This document shows positions 16,262 through 30,982 of a DNA stretch of 64,000 nt, in pieces; position 1 is the stretch's first letter; every line of letters starts with the position of its first letter. Made by a program: the position numbers and the translations under genes. Source of the stretch: the human T2T-CHM13v2.0 reference genome, Homo sapiens; assembly GCF_009914755.1 (NCBI RefSeq), contig NC_060937.1; one strand, given 5' to 3'. The notes beneath the pieces were generated by a model, which worked only from the letters and a program-made list of their open reading frames with translations, was not told the origin of the DNA and did no database searches.

Positions 16262-17275
16262 CCTTTTTTCAGTTATATTTGTAACAAAAGTCAAATTTGC
16301 ATCATCATTTTAGATGATTTTCTAAGAATATCCAACTTTTTTTTTTAAGGGAACTGGAGAATTAAGTTGGACTATCATAGAGATTATTGTACCTGTGACT
16401 TCCTAGCCCCTAATGACTGAAATATCCTTTTATATTTAACTCAGTAATGATGATGTAATAATGACACTAATAATGATAATGGTGATTTGGCTGGGATGGG
16501 TTCCATTGATATCCAGCTGTTTCTTTATGTTACAATATTCTGTATAGGCTAAGAAAGTATTGTTAGAAAATAAAATTTTTGTTATATTTTTAGGACCTGA
16601 AAAAATGATTGAAGATTATAAGGATCAAGAGTCAAAGGTTTTACTCTAAAATGCTCTACTCTAATTGGCATTCACAATAATATTATGAGTTCCTAGTAAT
16701 TATAATTAGCTCGGAATCAAGCCAGTTTTCTCAAAATCTTGATTTTTTTTAATTTCCCACACATTTATCTGTGGGAAATGTGAGAAATGTTAGTAGACGC
16801 ATATCATTTTATAAAAAATTCCTGAAAATAAATCTGTCTATCAAGGTAGACAGTAGGTAGACTCTGAGGCTGATAAATATTGACAATTATGTGATTTTTT
16901 TATGGTTGTGAATCAAGTTGAAACAGGACTATTTGCCAGTCCTGTATTGTTTTGATTTTACTAATCAAGTAGTTTAGCTTCCTTTCAACTTAATCCTTGG
17001 AAATTCATTGAGTTTCAGGAAGCTCTACATGTCATACCATTCACCATTCCCTGACCCTTCAATGCTGCAGATAGACTGAAGACTGTCATATCGCGATGAT
17101 CACACCAACTTCATTTTTGAGAAAACTGAACTCATCTCAGTAAGGTTCCTCCAATCACAATTGATATCAGAAATCTTCATTGGATCATGGACTCTTCCAC
17201 CATCATTTCAAGAACATCAAAGCAAAGTTTCAAAGATTCTTTTGCTCCCTTTATCAATATATGCCATATGCAAAT

Positions 17276-17310
<35 letters not shown>
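17276..17310. repeat. Compound (TG)n(AG)n microsatellite
   Basis: Seen directly. Confidence 0.93.
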
Positions 17311-18829
17311 AATTTTCAGAGTCTGGAAGAGAACAAAGATTGGACTCAGTGTAAAGATAACACATAAAAAAAGAAATCAAATATTCTAATCTGAAGATTT
17401 GCTAGTCATTATTCTATATTACATTAAATTATGTATAATTTTCTAATATCACGTAGCATGAGCCAGACTTTGGTTAAGATTTACATTATCTAATTCAGCC
17501 AATGGAAATAACTATAGCTGACTTTCCAAATATGCTATTAAATACAGAATCATTTTGCATGTGTGTGCATAAATATGTACACATGTATAAGCATGCACAT
17601 CTATAGCAATGAAATAAGCCCTCCAAAATTAAATCTTCTTTAATCGAGAACTGTCAATATTGTGCCGGCAAAATTTCTCATTTTTAACATGTAAATTAGG
17701 GAAGTTTTATAAATCCTTTTAAAATGTGACCTTTTTTTCACTCCAAGGACCATATTGAATTATAATTCTAGTTAAAATTTAGTGGAAAAAAAAGATTGAA
17801 GAACGGAGAAAATTGTTTATGCCTTCCAGTATAGGAGAAGCTAGAGTGATAATTTCAGGAGTTAGGATTAAAAATGGGAGGAGGGACAGTAAGTTTCTGA
17901 TGATACACACTCTCTGACATATCATCGTTCAATTTTCCAGTTTTTCCAAAACAACATTCTAGCATGCATCAGAGAAAAATAAAGCATTTGTGAATTTTAG
18001 CTAAGGATGTAATTTGTTGCAGTTTCATGTTCTAAAATGACTTTTGCCAGTCTCAGCCCCATGACTACAAGAGCAATCCCTGCAAGAGGAGCATGTGAAA
18101 GTCGACATTTTATTCTTCACATGAGGTAAAACTTTTGAGAGTGAAAATAGTCACCCTATTATTTTGAGTTGTTTAGAAATATCAGAAGCAGCAATCTAAC
18201 CCTGCAGTCTGATATTTCTCATGTTTTTCACAGATCTTTGACGACAGATTCCTTTGTTTGCTAACAACTTATCCCAGTTTACTTGAGTAAAAAAGAAAAA
18301 AATGTTTTATTGGAATGTTATTGGAGTTACTGAGAACTTAAAAGCAGTGAAAAAACAGAAAAACAAAAACAAAAACCCCAAGACCTTAGCCACAGGAGCT
18401 CCTAGAGATTTTTTTTTTTAGGATCTGTTCTAATGCAACTCAGTGCAAAACATCTTCTATATACCGCTCAGCTCAAGAATCAGTTTCCTAAGAAAAACAT
18501 CTGATTACCCTGTATTAAAATTTTGCCCTTGTGTCCATCATCCCAGACTAGAAATACTAGAAAAAGTGAGGAGTCTGCAATTAACTATCAGGTGTGTCAT
18601 GAGCATGACTGCCCTCTGAGTTGGAAGGTTTTCAAAACAGAGAAAAACTCACAAATTAAGTTTCAAATTTGGCCAGTTTCCTGATCACTGCACATATTGA
18701 TATATAATATTATAATAAGACTTTTCATATCCAAAATTTTTCTACCTCCCAATTCCTAAAGCAACTTACTTTACTTTTTCTATTTTTTCTTGCTTTGAAT
18801 CACCAAATATCTTCTACCCTGACATTTTA

Positions 18830-19600
18830 AAAGAACCAGGTTTTTATTTAATAATTTAAAAGCTCTGCCTTTAAACTTTTCTATATTATTGATTTATTAT
18901 ATTTTATCCCTTATTTTACTTCCTTTATGTAAATTTACTTGTGTTTTTCCATATTTTTATATTTCATATTAGTTCTCATTTTTAATGAGAATTTAATTTG
19001 ATGCTAGATACATTTTTTTTCTTGGAGTGTAGCGTGGTGTTTTGTTGGAATTTTGTGGGAGCCTTAGCAATTTCAATTCTGATATCTTTTTTTCCCATGG
19101 ATTTTAAGAAATTTTCAAGGTAGAGTTGGAAAGTGGACAATAGAAGGTCTATTCTTTAATACCAATTTTTAGTTATAATGCTTTGTTGTGAGAGGAAAAG
19201 ACCTATTGTATTTTTTGTGTGTATAGAATTTATTTTCCATATGCAAAATTTCTTTTTGTCTTAATTAGTAGAAAAAAGTTATAAATTACATGAAGGCTTC
19301 ATAAGAGTGTTCTTTCTTTATTACTGAAATATTTATATAAACATTTCTTACCATCAATATGTACATTTTAATGCTTACAACGTCTAGTTAGTTTCATGTA
19401 TTTTTCATATATTTACTGAGAAAAAAATGATTTCACTCATATACTTGTTTTTGGTTGTTTTTAGTTTGATCAGGCCCAAAATCCCATCCCGAAATAGCTT
19501 TCTAAATTTAGTGTTTTGGGGTATGTCAGTGGGCTATCAGTGCATTCTACATGTTTCCTTGGCGAGCCACCTCAACTATTTGAAAACATTTGTAAAACTC
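18830..19600 (-). mobile_element. Highly diverged L1M/L1ME ORF2 remnant
   Basis: T-rich sequence with antisense L1-like motifs (TTTTAAAAGAACCAGG, TCTAGTTAGTTTCATGTATTTTTC). Boundaries are vague. Confidence 0.4.
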
Positions 19601-19639
19601 TCTAGTCAGCCTCTCAACTAATTCTGAATGCTGTCTACA

Positions 19640-19641
<2 letters not shown>

Positions 19642-19680
<39 letters not shown>
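19642..19680. repeat. (CA)n microsatellite
   Basis: Uninterrupted CA run. Confidence 0.97.
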
Positions 19681-19681
<1 letters not shown>

Positions 19682-20036
19682 CTAGTCATCAAAGCTAAAA
19701 TTTAGGATCCCTCCTTGCCTGACCATCCAACTGTGAATTCATGGTCCTGGTTATTGAGGGTAAGTAAGGGTGGATGTGTGGGCAGGAGGCACAGCTGACT
19801 AATAGCTAATCAGAGAATTGCATGGTAGCCCATTTGCCCTTGGTATTTCCTTTAGAAACCCATAGGGGGATAAGGAGGATTCTCCTTAAATCTAATCACG
19901 TTTGCTTCTTCTTTTCTCCACTATCCCTAGCGCGTAACCAATGATTTTTTTATCTTTTACTCCTCTGTATCATGTTCTTTTGGGTTCTTGGATTTAGATT
20001 AGTCTTGTTAATGGGTTAGAGTGAAATATGGGATTA

Positions 20037-20135
20037 TCAAAACATCTTTTGTTCCCCATAAATATATACACCTACTAGGTACCCACAAGAATTAAAGATA
20101 GACAATTTTAAAACTAAATGAATAAAATAAAATTC
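20037..20135 (+). mobile_element. Very short 5'-truncated L1MA 3' terminus with TSD
   Basis: CCCCATAAATATATACACCTACTAGGTACCCACAA plus A-rich tail. AATATG(G/A)GATTA occurs at 20025-20036 and 20136-20147. Confidence 0.75.
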
Positions 20136-20744
20136 AATATGAGATTAATTTATGAAGTTCCTCTCCAAGGTCAGTAGTTGATGTGTTAAAGAAGAATACT
20201 GGGAAATTGAAAAAAAGACAATGCTCATTTTACTATGCATTGAATGGAATACTATTCAGACTTAGAAAAGAATAATCATCAGTATTGCGTCTATTTGGTA
20301 GTTCATCCATAGTCTGTCTAGTAAGGCTGCTATCCTGGTTCCTAATCATATTATTGAATGACAGAAGCTTTTCTCCTATTTTTTATTTTTCATAAAAATC
20401 TAATATTTCTCTAGGCATTACTAGCATGTATTCAGTAATAAAATATGCAAAATACATTAAATATTTAAAAGATTTACTTTTAAAATAGTAAAAACGTTTG
20501 ATTTTAATATTCTTTTCTGTTCATTGCATTTCCTCAGGAGCTAGTTCTTCTAATGTTACATTTGTATTTTCTTTTTTTCCTCAAAGATGTGATGATTCTT
20601 ATTTATCTAATCACATTTCTAGATGAGTTTCTACGTTGGTTAGTGTCTGTGGTGAGAAAGCATTTTCTGAGCTCAAACAAGTCTATTTATAACCAGGGTG
20701 ACCACTTTGGACAGCAGTTCTGCTTCAGATAATACTTTTAACCT

Positions 20745-21276
20745 TGTACAGAAAGAGTCAATATGGCAGGCCTAAAGTATTATATTAATACTTGGCTTAC
20801 ATCTAGGAACTTGAATTTCAGGAAGTTTCCACCATTAACTGACGAGTGCCTCATCATGCCTGCACTGTTTATGGAAACAATGTGGTTTATGCTAAACAAC
20901 TTCTTTACTTCTAGGCATCTGGAATTTGGTTATATGCCAGGCATGATGTGCCAGTATGATCAGGTTCCAGGAAAGAATCTCTGAACACCGAGTCTCTAAT
21001 GAGCTTCCCAGGTTGACAACATTTCACAAGCGTTGTCAAAACTCATCGCTGAGGAATTTAAGGGCATCCTGTTGTAACTGCATGGGGAGAAGACTCTTGG
21101 AAATGTGTGCCTGTTTTTTTCCAGAATTTATACCTTGCTCCTTTTCTATTTGCTGGTGGTGCTTTTTATCTTTTTGTTGTAAGAAATCATAGCCATGGTT
21201 ACAACTGTATGCTGAGTCCTGTGAGTCCTCCTTGTGAATCACTGAATTTGGAGACAGTCTTAGGGATCCTGACACA
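20745..21276 (+). mobile_element. MER68-like ERVL solo LTR
   Basis: TG...CA termini; GAGTCTCTAATGAGCTTCCC, GACAACATTTCAC and TATGCTGAGTCCTGTGAGTCCTCC match the recalled MER68 consensus. Confidence 0.8.
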
Positions 21277-21285
21277 GAGCACTAA

Positions 21286-21745
21286 TTCATTTTTGTTTTC
21301 ATTTATTGATTCATTCAACTGAAGATTAGATAGTATGAGCATGTGCCCCAGGGAAGCTGCTGCATTTAATATTAATAAACAAATAACAAAATTTTAAAGT
21401 CTGGTGGAAGATTCATATATTAAAAAATAATTAGAGTGCTAAGATAAGCTCATGGGAAAATGGCAGTGCATGGGTAGATATCTAAAATATACCAGGGTTT
21501 CAGGGAATGTTTATGAGAAAAATGATTCTTAAGCTTGGTTTTGAATATTTAGATGAAGGTAAATAGAGAGGAAATGTCATTCCAGATATATGCAAGGGGA
21601 CAGACTCTTGAAGCAGCATAATTTGTTTAGGTGGGTCAGATATTCCCATGGGGATAAAGGTAGGTTCTGGGTCATGAAGAGTGTTGCTAAGCCAAGTACT
21701 AGACTTCACTCCCATAATTTTAGAGAGTCAGTGGATTAATTTTAA
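21286..21745 (-). mobile_element. L2 LINE 3' fragment
   Basis: ATTGATTCATTCAAC start followed by the purine-rich body typical of antisense L2. Confidence 0.55.
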
Positions 21746-21749
21746 ATTG

Positions 21750-22246
21750 AAACTACAAAAAATCATCTCAATGTTAGTTGTTTAAAACAACACAAATGTA
21801 TTATATTGTAGATTGGAGGCCAAGAGTCTGACATGGGTCTCACCTGGTTAAAATCAGGTACTGCCAGGGCTGTGCCCCAATCTTGACACTTTAGGGAAGA
21901 TCTGTTTGTCTTTTCCATCTCCTAGAGGTCACTCAATTCCTTGGCCTCTGACCTCCTTCCTCTATTTTTAGTAGTCAATATTGAATCTTTCTGGCTGTTC
22001 TTCCATAGTCATCTTTCTCTTTGACTATAATCATCACATTTAGGGACCTGTGTGATTGGATTGGGCCCACCTGCGTAATACAGGATAATCTTACCTCAAT
22101 TTCTATAAAGTGATTTTGCCTACAAAGTAATTTTTCCTCTAAATATATTATAATATATTTTGCTCTAAATATATTATAATATATTAACCAGGTCCAGTGA
22201 TTAAGATGTGGACATCTTTGGGAGATAATTATTCTACTTACCATAG
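21750..22246 (-). mobile_element. MLT1D-like MaLR solo LTR
   Basis: TTAAAACAACACAAATGTATTAT...GATTGGATTGGGCCCACCTG...GGACATCTTTGGGAG..ATTATTCTACTTACCA. Confidence 0.75.
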
Positions 22247-22647
22247 TCATTCAATAATTTTGGTTAAAGGAGGAAAATGTGTGGTTTAGCAAAATTATGC
22301 TTGTCCTTCTCCAGTATTTTAGAGACACTGATGTCTCACTTACCTTTCTTTGACCAAAATATCACAGAGGCAATTGATAACTCAGTCAAATCAGAGTAAC
22401 ATTTGCAATTTGTTTTAGTTTGTTCACCTTCCCAGTGTTTTGGAAGAGCAATGTTAAATATCCGAAATAAATCTGACGACATATTTTTCCACATAATTTG
22501 ACACAAACTGGATTAAAAAAAGGGAATTTAATGGTGCACAAAACTAAAGATATTGACATGATTTCAGGCACAAATTGGACCAGGAATTAAATTATATTAA
22601 AAGTGTTGCTTTAGATATGTCTTTGATGTAATGATTTTTTTGATGTA

Positions 22648-23235
22648 TGTATTCCTATGTTTATTGCAATAGTAGTCACAGTAGTCTAGATATGGAATCA
22701 ACCTAAGTATCCATCAACAAATGAATGGACAAAGAAAATGTGGCACACAATGGAGTACTGTTCAGACATAAAAAAGAATCAAATATTGTTATTTGAGACA
22801 ACATGGATGACCCTTGAGGACATTATGTTAAATGAAATAAGCCAGGCACAGAAAGATAAATACTACATGTTCTCACTCATATGTGGAAACTAAAATGCTT
22901 GATCTTTTAGTAGTATAGAGTAAAACATGGTCACTAGAGGCTGGACAGGGTAAGGGACTAGGGGCAACAGAGAGAGGTTAATTAATATACAACATTACAG
23001 CTAGATAAGAGGAATACTTTCTAGTGTTCTATGGTGTTAATACCATAAGGTTACTAAGTAAACAATAATTTATTGTATTTTTTCAAGTATCTTGAAGAGA
23101 GGGTTTTGAATGTTAAGAACACAAAGAAACAAAGATTTGAGGCAGTGGATATACTAATTACCTGATTTGATCATTATGCGTTGTGTACATGTAACAAAAT
23201 ATCACAGCGTACCCCATAAATATGTACAATTCTTA
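22648..23235 (+). mobile_element. L1MA-type 3' end fragment
   Basis: GGAATCAACCTAAGTATCCATCAAC...GCCAGGCACAGAAAGATAAATAC...CAGCTAGATAAGAGGAAT...ACCCCATAAATATGTACAAT. Confidence 0.8.
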
Positions 23236-23599
23236 GGTCTCTCTCTGTCTGTGTGTGTCTTTGTGTGTGTATACACAGACACAGACACAAATATATATAA
23301 CTCTACAGCAAAAAAAAAGAAAAAAAAAGAAAATATGTGTTTTTTTTCCACAACTTGGCCTCCTTTGTGCTAGATCATTTCTCACACAGGCCTTTCCCTG
23401 GTGGCTTCAAGAAGCCATAATTGGCTTAAATAATTATGCATTTCCAAGGTAAGATGATCCTTTTGAAGTAGAAAGGGTTTATTTGCACCAAAGTCTAAGA
23501 AAACAAAATTCATTCTGACCCACCGTCTCTACTTGAGTCAAATGATTATATTTGAACCAATTTCTGTGCTCAGGAGTATGTGGTCAAAATCATATGACA

Positions 23600-26006
23600 C
23601 AGGCATACGTTTAATATATTATGGATGCTATTTCAGACCACTGCAAAAAAGCAATTATCACAAGAAAGTGAGTCATATGAATTTTTTGTTTTCCCAGTGT
23701 GCGTAAAAGTTTTGTTTACATTACAGTATAGTTAATTAAGTGTGCAATACCATTATGTCTAAAAAGACAACTTACATATCTTCATTAAAAAGCACTTTAT
23801 TGCTAAAAAATACTAACAATCATCTTAGCTTCCAGAGAGTTGTGGGTAAACTGTCTTTTCTCCATGTTGATGTCTGCTGACTGATCAAGGTAGTGGTTGC
23901 CAAAGGCTGGGGTGGCTGAGACAATTTACTAAAATAAGACAACTATAAAGTTTGCACAAGAATTCATTCTTCCTTTCATGAGAGGTTTCTTTGTAGCACG
24001 CTATGCTGTTTGCTAGCATCTTAGACACAGAACTTTCTGCAAAATTGAAATCAGTCCTTTCAAACTCTGCCACTCCTTTATCAACTAACTTTATGGAATA
24101 TTCTAAATTCTTTGTTGTCATTTCAACAATGTTCACAGCATCTTCACTAGGAGTAGATCCTATCTCAAATAATCATTTTCTTTGCTTATCTATGAGAAGC
24201 AACTCCTCATTTGTTCAAGTTCTACCATGAGATTGCAACAATTCAGTCACATCTTCACACTCCATCTCTAATTCTAGTTCTCTTGCTATTTCTACCACAT
24301 CTGCTGCTACTTTCTTCACTTAAGTCTTGAGAGCCCCCAAAGTCATCATGCGGGTTGGAATCAACTTCTTCCAAACTCCTCTGAATGTTGGTATTTTGAT
24401 CTCCTATGACATACACATGCTCTTAATGGCATCTGAAAGGGTGAATCTTCTCGAGAAGATTTTCAAAGTTTTTTTCCCCCAGATTTATCAGAGAAATCAC
24501 TACCTATGGTAACTACAGGCTTATGAAATATATTTCTTAAATAATATGACTTGAAAGTCAAAATTACTCTTTGAACCACAGGCTGCAGAGTGGATGTTAT
24601 GTTAGCAGGCATGGAAACAACATTAATCTCTTTACATCTTCAGCACGGTTCTTGAGTAACCAAGTGCCATTGTCAATGGGCATTTAGAAACGAATCTTTT
24701 TTTGTTTGTTTTTTCCTGAGCAGTAGGTCTCAACGATGAGCTTAAAATATTTAGTAAACCATGATCTAAACAGTTGTGCTGCCATCCAGGCTTTGTTTTT
24801 CCATTGATACAGCACAGGCAGAATAGATTTAGCATAATGCTTAAGCACCCTAGAATGTTAAGGTGGTAAATGAGAATTGGCTTCAACTTAAAATCACGAG
24901 CTGCATTAGTTACTGTCAGGAGAGTCAGCCTGTCCTTTGCAGCTTTGAAGCTGGGCATTGACTTCTCCTCTTTAGCAATAAAAGTCCTAAACGACATCTT
25001 TTTCCAATAGAAAACTGTTTCATCTAGACTGAAAATCTGTTGTTTACTGAAAGCACCTTCATGAATTATATTAGCTGGAGCTTCTGGATAATTTGCTGCA
25101 GCTTCTAAATCAGCACTTACTGGTTTTACTTGTACATCTATGTTAGGGAAAGAGCGTCTTTCCTTAAACCTCATAAATTAACTTATTCTAGCTTCCAACT
25201 TTTCTTGTGCAGCTTCTTTACCTCTCCTAACCTTCACAGAATGGATGAGCGTTAGGGCCATGCTCTACACTAAGCTTTGGCTTAAAGACATGTCATGCCT
25301 GCTTTGCTCTTCTAGCTAGACCACTAAGACTTTCTTTATATCATTAAAAAGGTTGTTTCACATTCTTATCACTTAGTTGTTTTCTGGAGTAACACTTTTA
25401 ATTTTCTTCAAGAATTTTATTTTGCATTCACAATACAGCAAATGTTTGCACAAGAGTTGTAGCTTCCAGTCTGTCTTGATTTTGACATGCCATCCTCACT
25501 AAACTTAATCATTTCTAGTTTTTGATTTATAGGGAGAGACATGTAATTCTTCCTTTAACTTGGACACTTAGAGGCCATTGTACAGTCATTGATTTGCCTA
25601 ATTTCCATATTGCTGTGTCTCAGAGAATAGGGAGGCCTAAGGAGAGAGTGAGAGAAAGAGAGAGAGAGAAATATCCAATCAGTGAAGCAGTCAGAATGCA
25701 TACAACATTTATCAATTATGTTTGTCATCTTATATAGACATGGTTTGTGGCACTCCAAAACAATTGCAACAGTAATCAAAGACCACTGATCACAGATTAT
25801 AATAACAGATATATTATAATGAAAAAGTTTGAAATATTGTAGAAATTACCAAAGTGTGACATGGTCACATGAAGTTTGCACATGCTGTCGAACAAATGGT
25901 ACCTGCAGACTTACTGGACTCAGGACTACCACAAACATTTGGTTTGTAAATAATGCAATATCTATGAAGCACAATGAAGCAAATAACAATAAAACAAGTA
26001 TGCCTT
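23600..26006 (-). mobile_element. Full-length Tigger1 (TcMar-Tigger) DNA transposon fossil
   Basis: Terminal inverted repeats CAGGCATAC (23600) and GTATGCCTT (25998-26006) followed by TA; length about 2.4 kb; transposase-like ORFs on the minus strand. Confidence 0.92.
23885..25578 (-). pseudogene. Disrupted Tigger1 pogo/CENP-B-family DDE transposase
   Basis: Start MASKC at 25578. ORF 24632-25174 contains [43 protein letters not shown] 23885-24136 is the C-terminus. Multiple stops and frameshifts. Confidence 0.88.
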
Positions 26007-26024
26007 TATATTCTGAAATAGAAA

Positions 26025-26180
26025 CGAATGTTCTCAATACAAATAAATGAAAAACATTTGAGGTGATAGAAATCATGTTAATTATCCCAATTAATCATTA
26101 TGCATTGTAAACATATACAGAAACACCATACTGGCCTCCTTAAATATGTACAGTTACTATGTGCCAATTAAAATTTTTTT
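26025..26180 (+). mobile_element. L1MA 3' terminal fragment
   Basis: GAATGTTCTCAATACAAATAAATG..TTTGAGGTGATAG..TAAATATGTACAGTTACTATGTGCCAATTAAAA. Confidence 0.65.
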
Positions 26181-27207
26181 AAAAATTCAAATATTTTTAG
26201 TACTCTATTTCAATTCTTCTTTGTTTAGCTATTTTTATTGTGCATTGTATTTTGATATTTTGTGATTCTATTTTTATTGTGCATTATATTTGACCAATCA
26301 AATAGACACACACATTTCTTTAGTGTGTACAATATGCAGCCTTAAGCTATCATACTTGGCTTAGTGTTAATATTTTGTGCATTACATTACCTCATAAGAA
26401 ATATCAGAACTTGAAACATGATAATTTTGTTTACAAACCACAAGTTTTTTTGGCATATATATATGCCAAATCCACTTTACTTATAAACTCTGAAATACAG
26501 AGTAACACTTTTTCTTTAATATAGTCACTTTCTAAATAAAGAAAAAATAAATTTGTAGTTTTCATAGTAATATACATATTTATCAATTTCAATGTCCTTC
26601 CATCTCATCATCTATGCAGACTCATGTTTTTGTATGGTTTAATCTGATTTAATTTCTCAGCTTGCAATATTTATTTTGTATTTCCTCTAGTGCACTTGTG
26701 CAATTTATTTGCTCAGTTGTCATTAAACTTAAAATGTGTTCATTTTGACATTATGTTAAAGGATATTGACAGAAATAATATTTTCCCAACCCATTAAAAT
26801 TCATTGGCATATATGTCTCAAGTCTTGGCTCAAACAAAACATTTACAAGACAGAAAGGAAAATTTTTAAAGCAAAACAAAACAAAATCGTCAAGAGAAAA
26901 TATTTTCATGTTGAAAGAATAATTCTGAGCCTAATTTAGTCTCATTATTTGTGACACAGAACGATTTCAGAAAAACTTTACCTAGTTTGAGATCACTAGA
27001 GCTCACATTTAATAAGACAAAGAATCACAATATCATTTAGAATCAATAAAAATATGTTTGAAAATGAAGTTATCGAAGACATTCATTACATGTGACTATA
27101 GAACGGTCAGCTCAAAACTATTCTTAAATTTAATGTACTAAAATTAGAACAATTTTCTTTGAACTATTTGGAATTATATAGAAAATAGCTAATTTTCATA
27201 AGAAGAA

Positions 27208-27744
27208 TTGTTTGTAACTTTTATTTCAGATTCAGGGAGTACAGGTGAAGGTTTCTTATAAAGGTATATTACATGATACTGAGGCTTGGATTATTACTGA
27301 ACTCATCACCCAGTTAGTGAGCACAGTATCCAATAGGTAGTTTTTCAGCCCTTGCCCTCCTGCCCTTCCCCTTTCTTGTAGTCCCCAGTGTCTGTTTCCA
27401 TTTTAATGTTCATTTGTACTCAGTGTTTAGCTCCCACTTACAGGTAAGAACACGTGGTATTTGGTCTTCTATTTCTCTATTAGTTCACTTCAGATAATGG
27501 CATCTAGCTGCATTCATGTTGCTGCAAAAAATATGACTTCATTACTTTTTATGGCTGCATAGTAGTCTACTTTTCTTTATCCAATCCACTGCTGATGGAC
27601 ACCTAGGTTGATTCCATGCCTTTGCTATTGTGAATAGTGCTGCAATGAACATACAGGTGTGTGTGTTTTTTTGGTAGAACAATTTATTTCCTAAATACCC
27701 AGTGATGGGATTGCTGGGTTAAATGGTAGTTGTATTTTTAGTTC
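27208..27744 (-). mobile_element. Old L1PA (L1PA15-17/L1PREC-like) 3' end with degenerate TSD
   Basis: CATCACCCAGTTAGTGAGCACAGTATCCAATAGGTAG...TTTAGCTCCCACTTA; TCATAAG(A/G)AGAA at 27196-27207 and 27745-27756. Confidence 0.78.
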
Positions 27745-28164
27745 TCATAAGGAGAAATTTTTAAAACTCCCATCAGATATACTCTAACTCTGAGGATCTC
27801 AGTAAATTGCACCTGTCTGCAACTGCACAATCCATTTCCTATGACATACATCTAAGGTTACAACAACAAGTTTGTTAAAACAGTAATTGAAGATCCAAGA
27901 ACAGTTACAATTTGACAAAAAAAAAAACCTGCTGTTGCTTAACTCAAAGCTTATTTTAAAGATTAAACTTTTTTTACAATAAAAATTTTTAATGAAGGCA
28001 AAAACAATACAATATAAAAATGTTGTCTAATCATTAAATTTGGCAAAGAAAAAAGTTCTGACTTATGAGTGAGGGAAAACTCTGAACTTCAGTATAAAAA
28101 TGTATATAATCTTATTCTCATAAAATAAAATTGTGGCTTTGTGATATATACGGGAATTATTAAC

Positions 28165-28315
28165 TATCAGTATTCTCATCTGTAAGCTCGGCATGATAAT
28201 AATAGCACATGTTTCCTTATAGCACTGGGGTAAAAGAAATATGATAATTTATGTAAAGTATTTGACTACCTGGGATATAATATTTCACAAAGGTCAGTTT
28301 TTAAAATTATTATTT
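28165..28315 (+). mobile_element. MIR SINE fragment
   Basis: CAGTATTCTCATCTGTAAG...ATAATAATAGCAC...ATAATTTATGTAAAGTATTT core. Confidence 0.55.
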
Positions 28316-29529
28316 TTGTTGTTATTATATTAGAAATAAGCTGGGAATTCTCAACTACTAAACAAAATCTTGATACACTGAAGACTGAAATTAGAAAAAA
28401 GCTGCTACATTAAAATTTAACTAATTTCCTCTTTCCCTGTCTTTAAATTATAGACAACATGTTATTTATGTTGATGGGAAAGATCAATCAACATTAAGTG
28501 TTTTCCCTTTAAGAAAGTTTTATTTTTTCCCTTAGGCTTAAAAGGACCCATGAAGTAGAAAAGTATATAAATGGTTGGTTTTGGGAGGGCTCTAACTTGA
28601 AGCTGTATGCAGCTTTCAGAAATAGGAACAATTGAGAGCTAAAGGACTCTTTCATCAGAGATTTAGCTGGGAATTTGTGTAATCATGATAGCAAGAACTT
28701 AAAAATCTTTTTTTTGGTGGGGGGTTGTAATAATAGCCTAAGACAAATCTCAGAGTTTCAAGACAGAGGCTATTTCATCTTGAGATTATTAAGTATGTGC
28801 TTTGAGTTTACAAATTTTATGTAAATAATGAGTACATTTTTTAATTGGATTCTCACTTTGAGGTAAGATAACTAGTGATAATATTTCAATCCTGCATATG
28901 ACTAAGCTGGTGTCTGACCTACTAAAGTCCTGGCAGTTAAAAGTGACAAAGGCACTACAACCATTTCTGCTTCATTACATGAGAAAACTTATGGAAATGG
29001 AAATATTTATAAATTACAACTAGAAGTTACAATTTATTGGGTTTTAGATAATGTGTCAATAATTTTGCTATACATATACATTGAAATCTACATTAGGTGG
29101 CTTGAGCTATAATGGAGTCTATGCCACTTTATCACCTAGGAAAACATCTCAAACTTTGAGAACATTTGTTTTTCATCTTCTAAATTATATAACTCAAAGT
29201 GGTGTCCAATTGAAGATGATTTCCCAATAGAAGCAAGTAGAAAACCTGTAATAGCATGGTGATTTCATTACCTGTGCTGAGTGTATAGCAGATTCATGAT
29301 GATGGCTGCAAATGAGATTGATTCCTTGCCCTCGCTCCAAGCAGATGACTTATGGTAATCAGACCATATTTAGGCTTTGTATATTAATGGCAATCAAACA
29401 AAAAACTAAAAGAAAACAATGTTTGCACATACTTTAAGGCAAAAATTTCCTATTGTATTCTTTAGAAATTTTGTCATACAGCTTGATGACTTACTAGTAT
29501 TCCTATAATGCAAACACAACTGCTATTAA

Positions 29530-30100
<571 letters not shown>

Positions 30101-30982
30101 TTATCATCACCACTACCATCATCACAATCATTATAATTATCACCATTATTTAGTGAAGATAATATTTATTTTAGCCTGTCTTCTTAGCAATCAATGGAAC
30201 AGAAGGATTTCTGCAGTTATAACATCAGCTATTGCTTGGGAAACTGTAATAAACTGATAAACTTTGAAAATATTTTACAAAGTTGGTCTAAACACTACCT
30301 ATATCTTTGGAAACGAATTTATCTGTTGGTCAAATTCACTTATTTTATAAAGTCAGTACCATTTTCTCTCTTTGGATTATCTGATGATAATTATTTTTGC
30401 AACTATCCAAGATACTTATCATGATTTGCACCTATACTATATCTATGCCCATATTTATATTTTAGGTTTTTATTTATGTACATATCTCTATTCCTATTTT
30501 TAAAACAGTATAATAATAGTCTCCTTTCAGATTGTAAGCTCTTTGATAATGAGAGCTCATTAATGTATGTATGTATGTATCTTTATTGATACATAATAAT
30601 TATACATGGCATGAGATACACATGGTATTTTGATACATGCATACAATGTGCAACAATCAAATCAGGGCATTTAGGATATCTATCACCACAAACATTTATT
30701 ATTTCTTTGTTTTAGAACATTTCAAATCTTCTAGCTATTTTGAAATATACAATAAATTATTCTTAACTATAGTCACCCTACTGAGCTATCAAACACTAGA
30801 ACTTATTTCTTCTAACTAACTGTATGTTTGTACCCATTATCCAGCCTCTCTTTATCCTCCCTCTCACCCTTCCCAGCATATGGTTACTATCATTCTACTC
30901 TCTACCTGCACAAAGTAATTTTTTTTAGCTTCCACATATGAGGGAGAATATGTGATTTGTTTTTCTGTGCCCGACTTATTTC

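Noticed and set aside
16570-16640. Acceptor-like TTTTTAG plus a short open frame (similar motifs near 18234, 28535 and 62797; donor-like GGTAAGT near 19760)
   Set aside because: Such motifs are frequent by chance in AT-rich DNA, and no coherent exon chain or homology is visible
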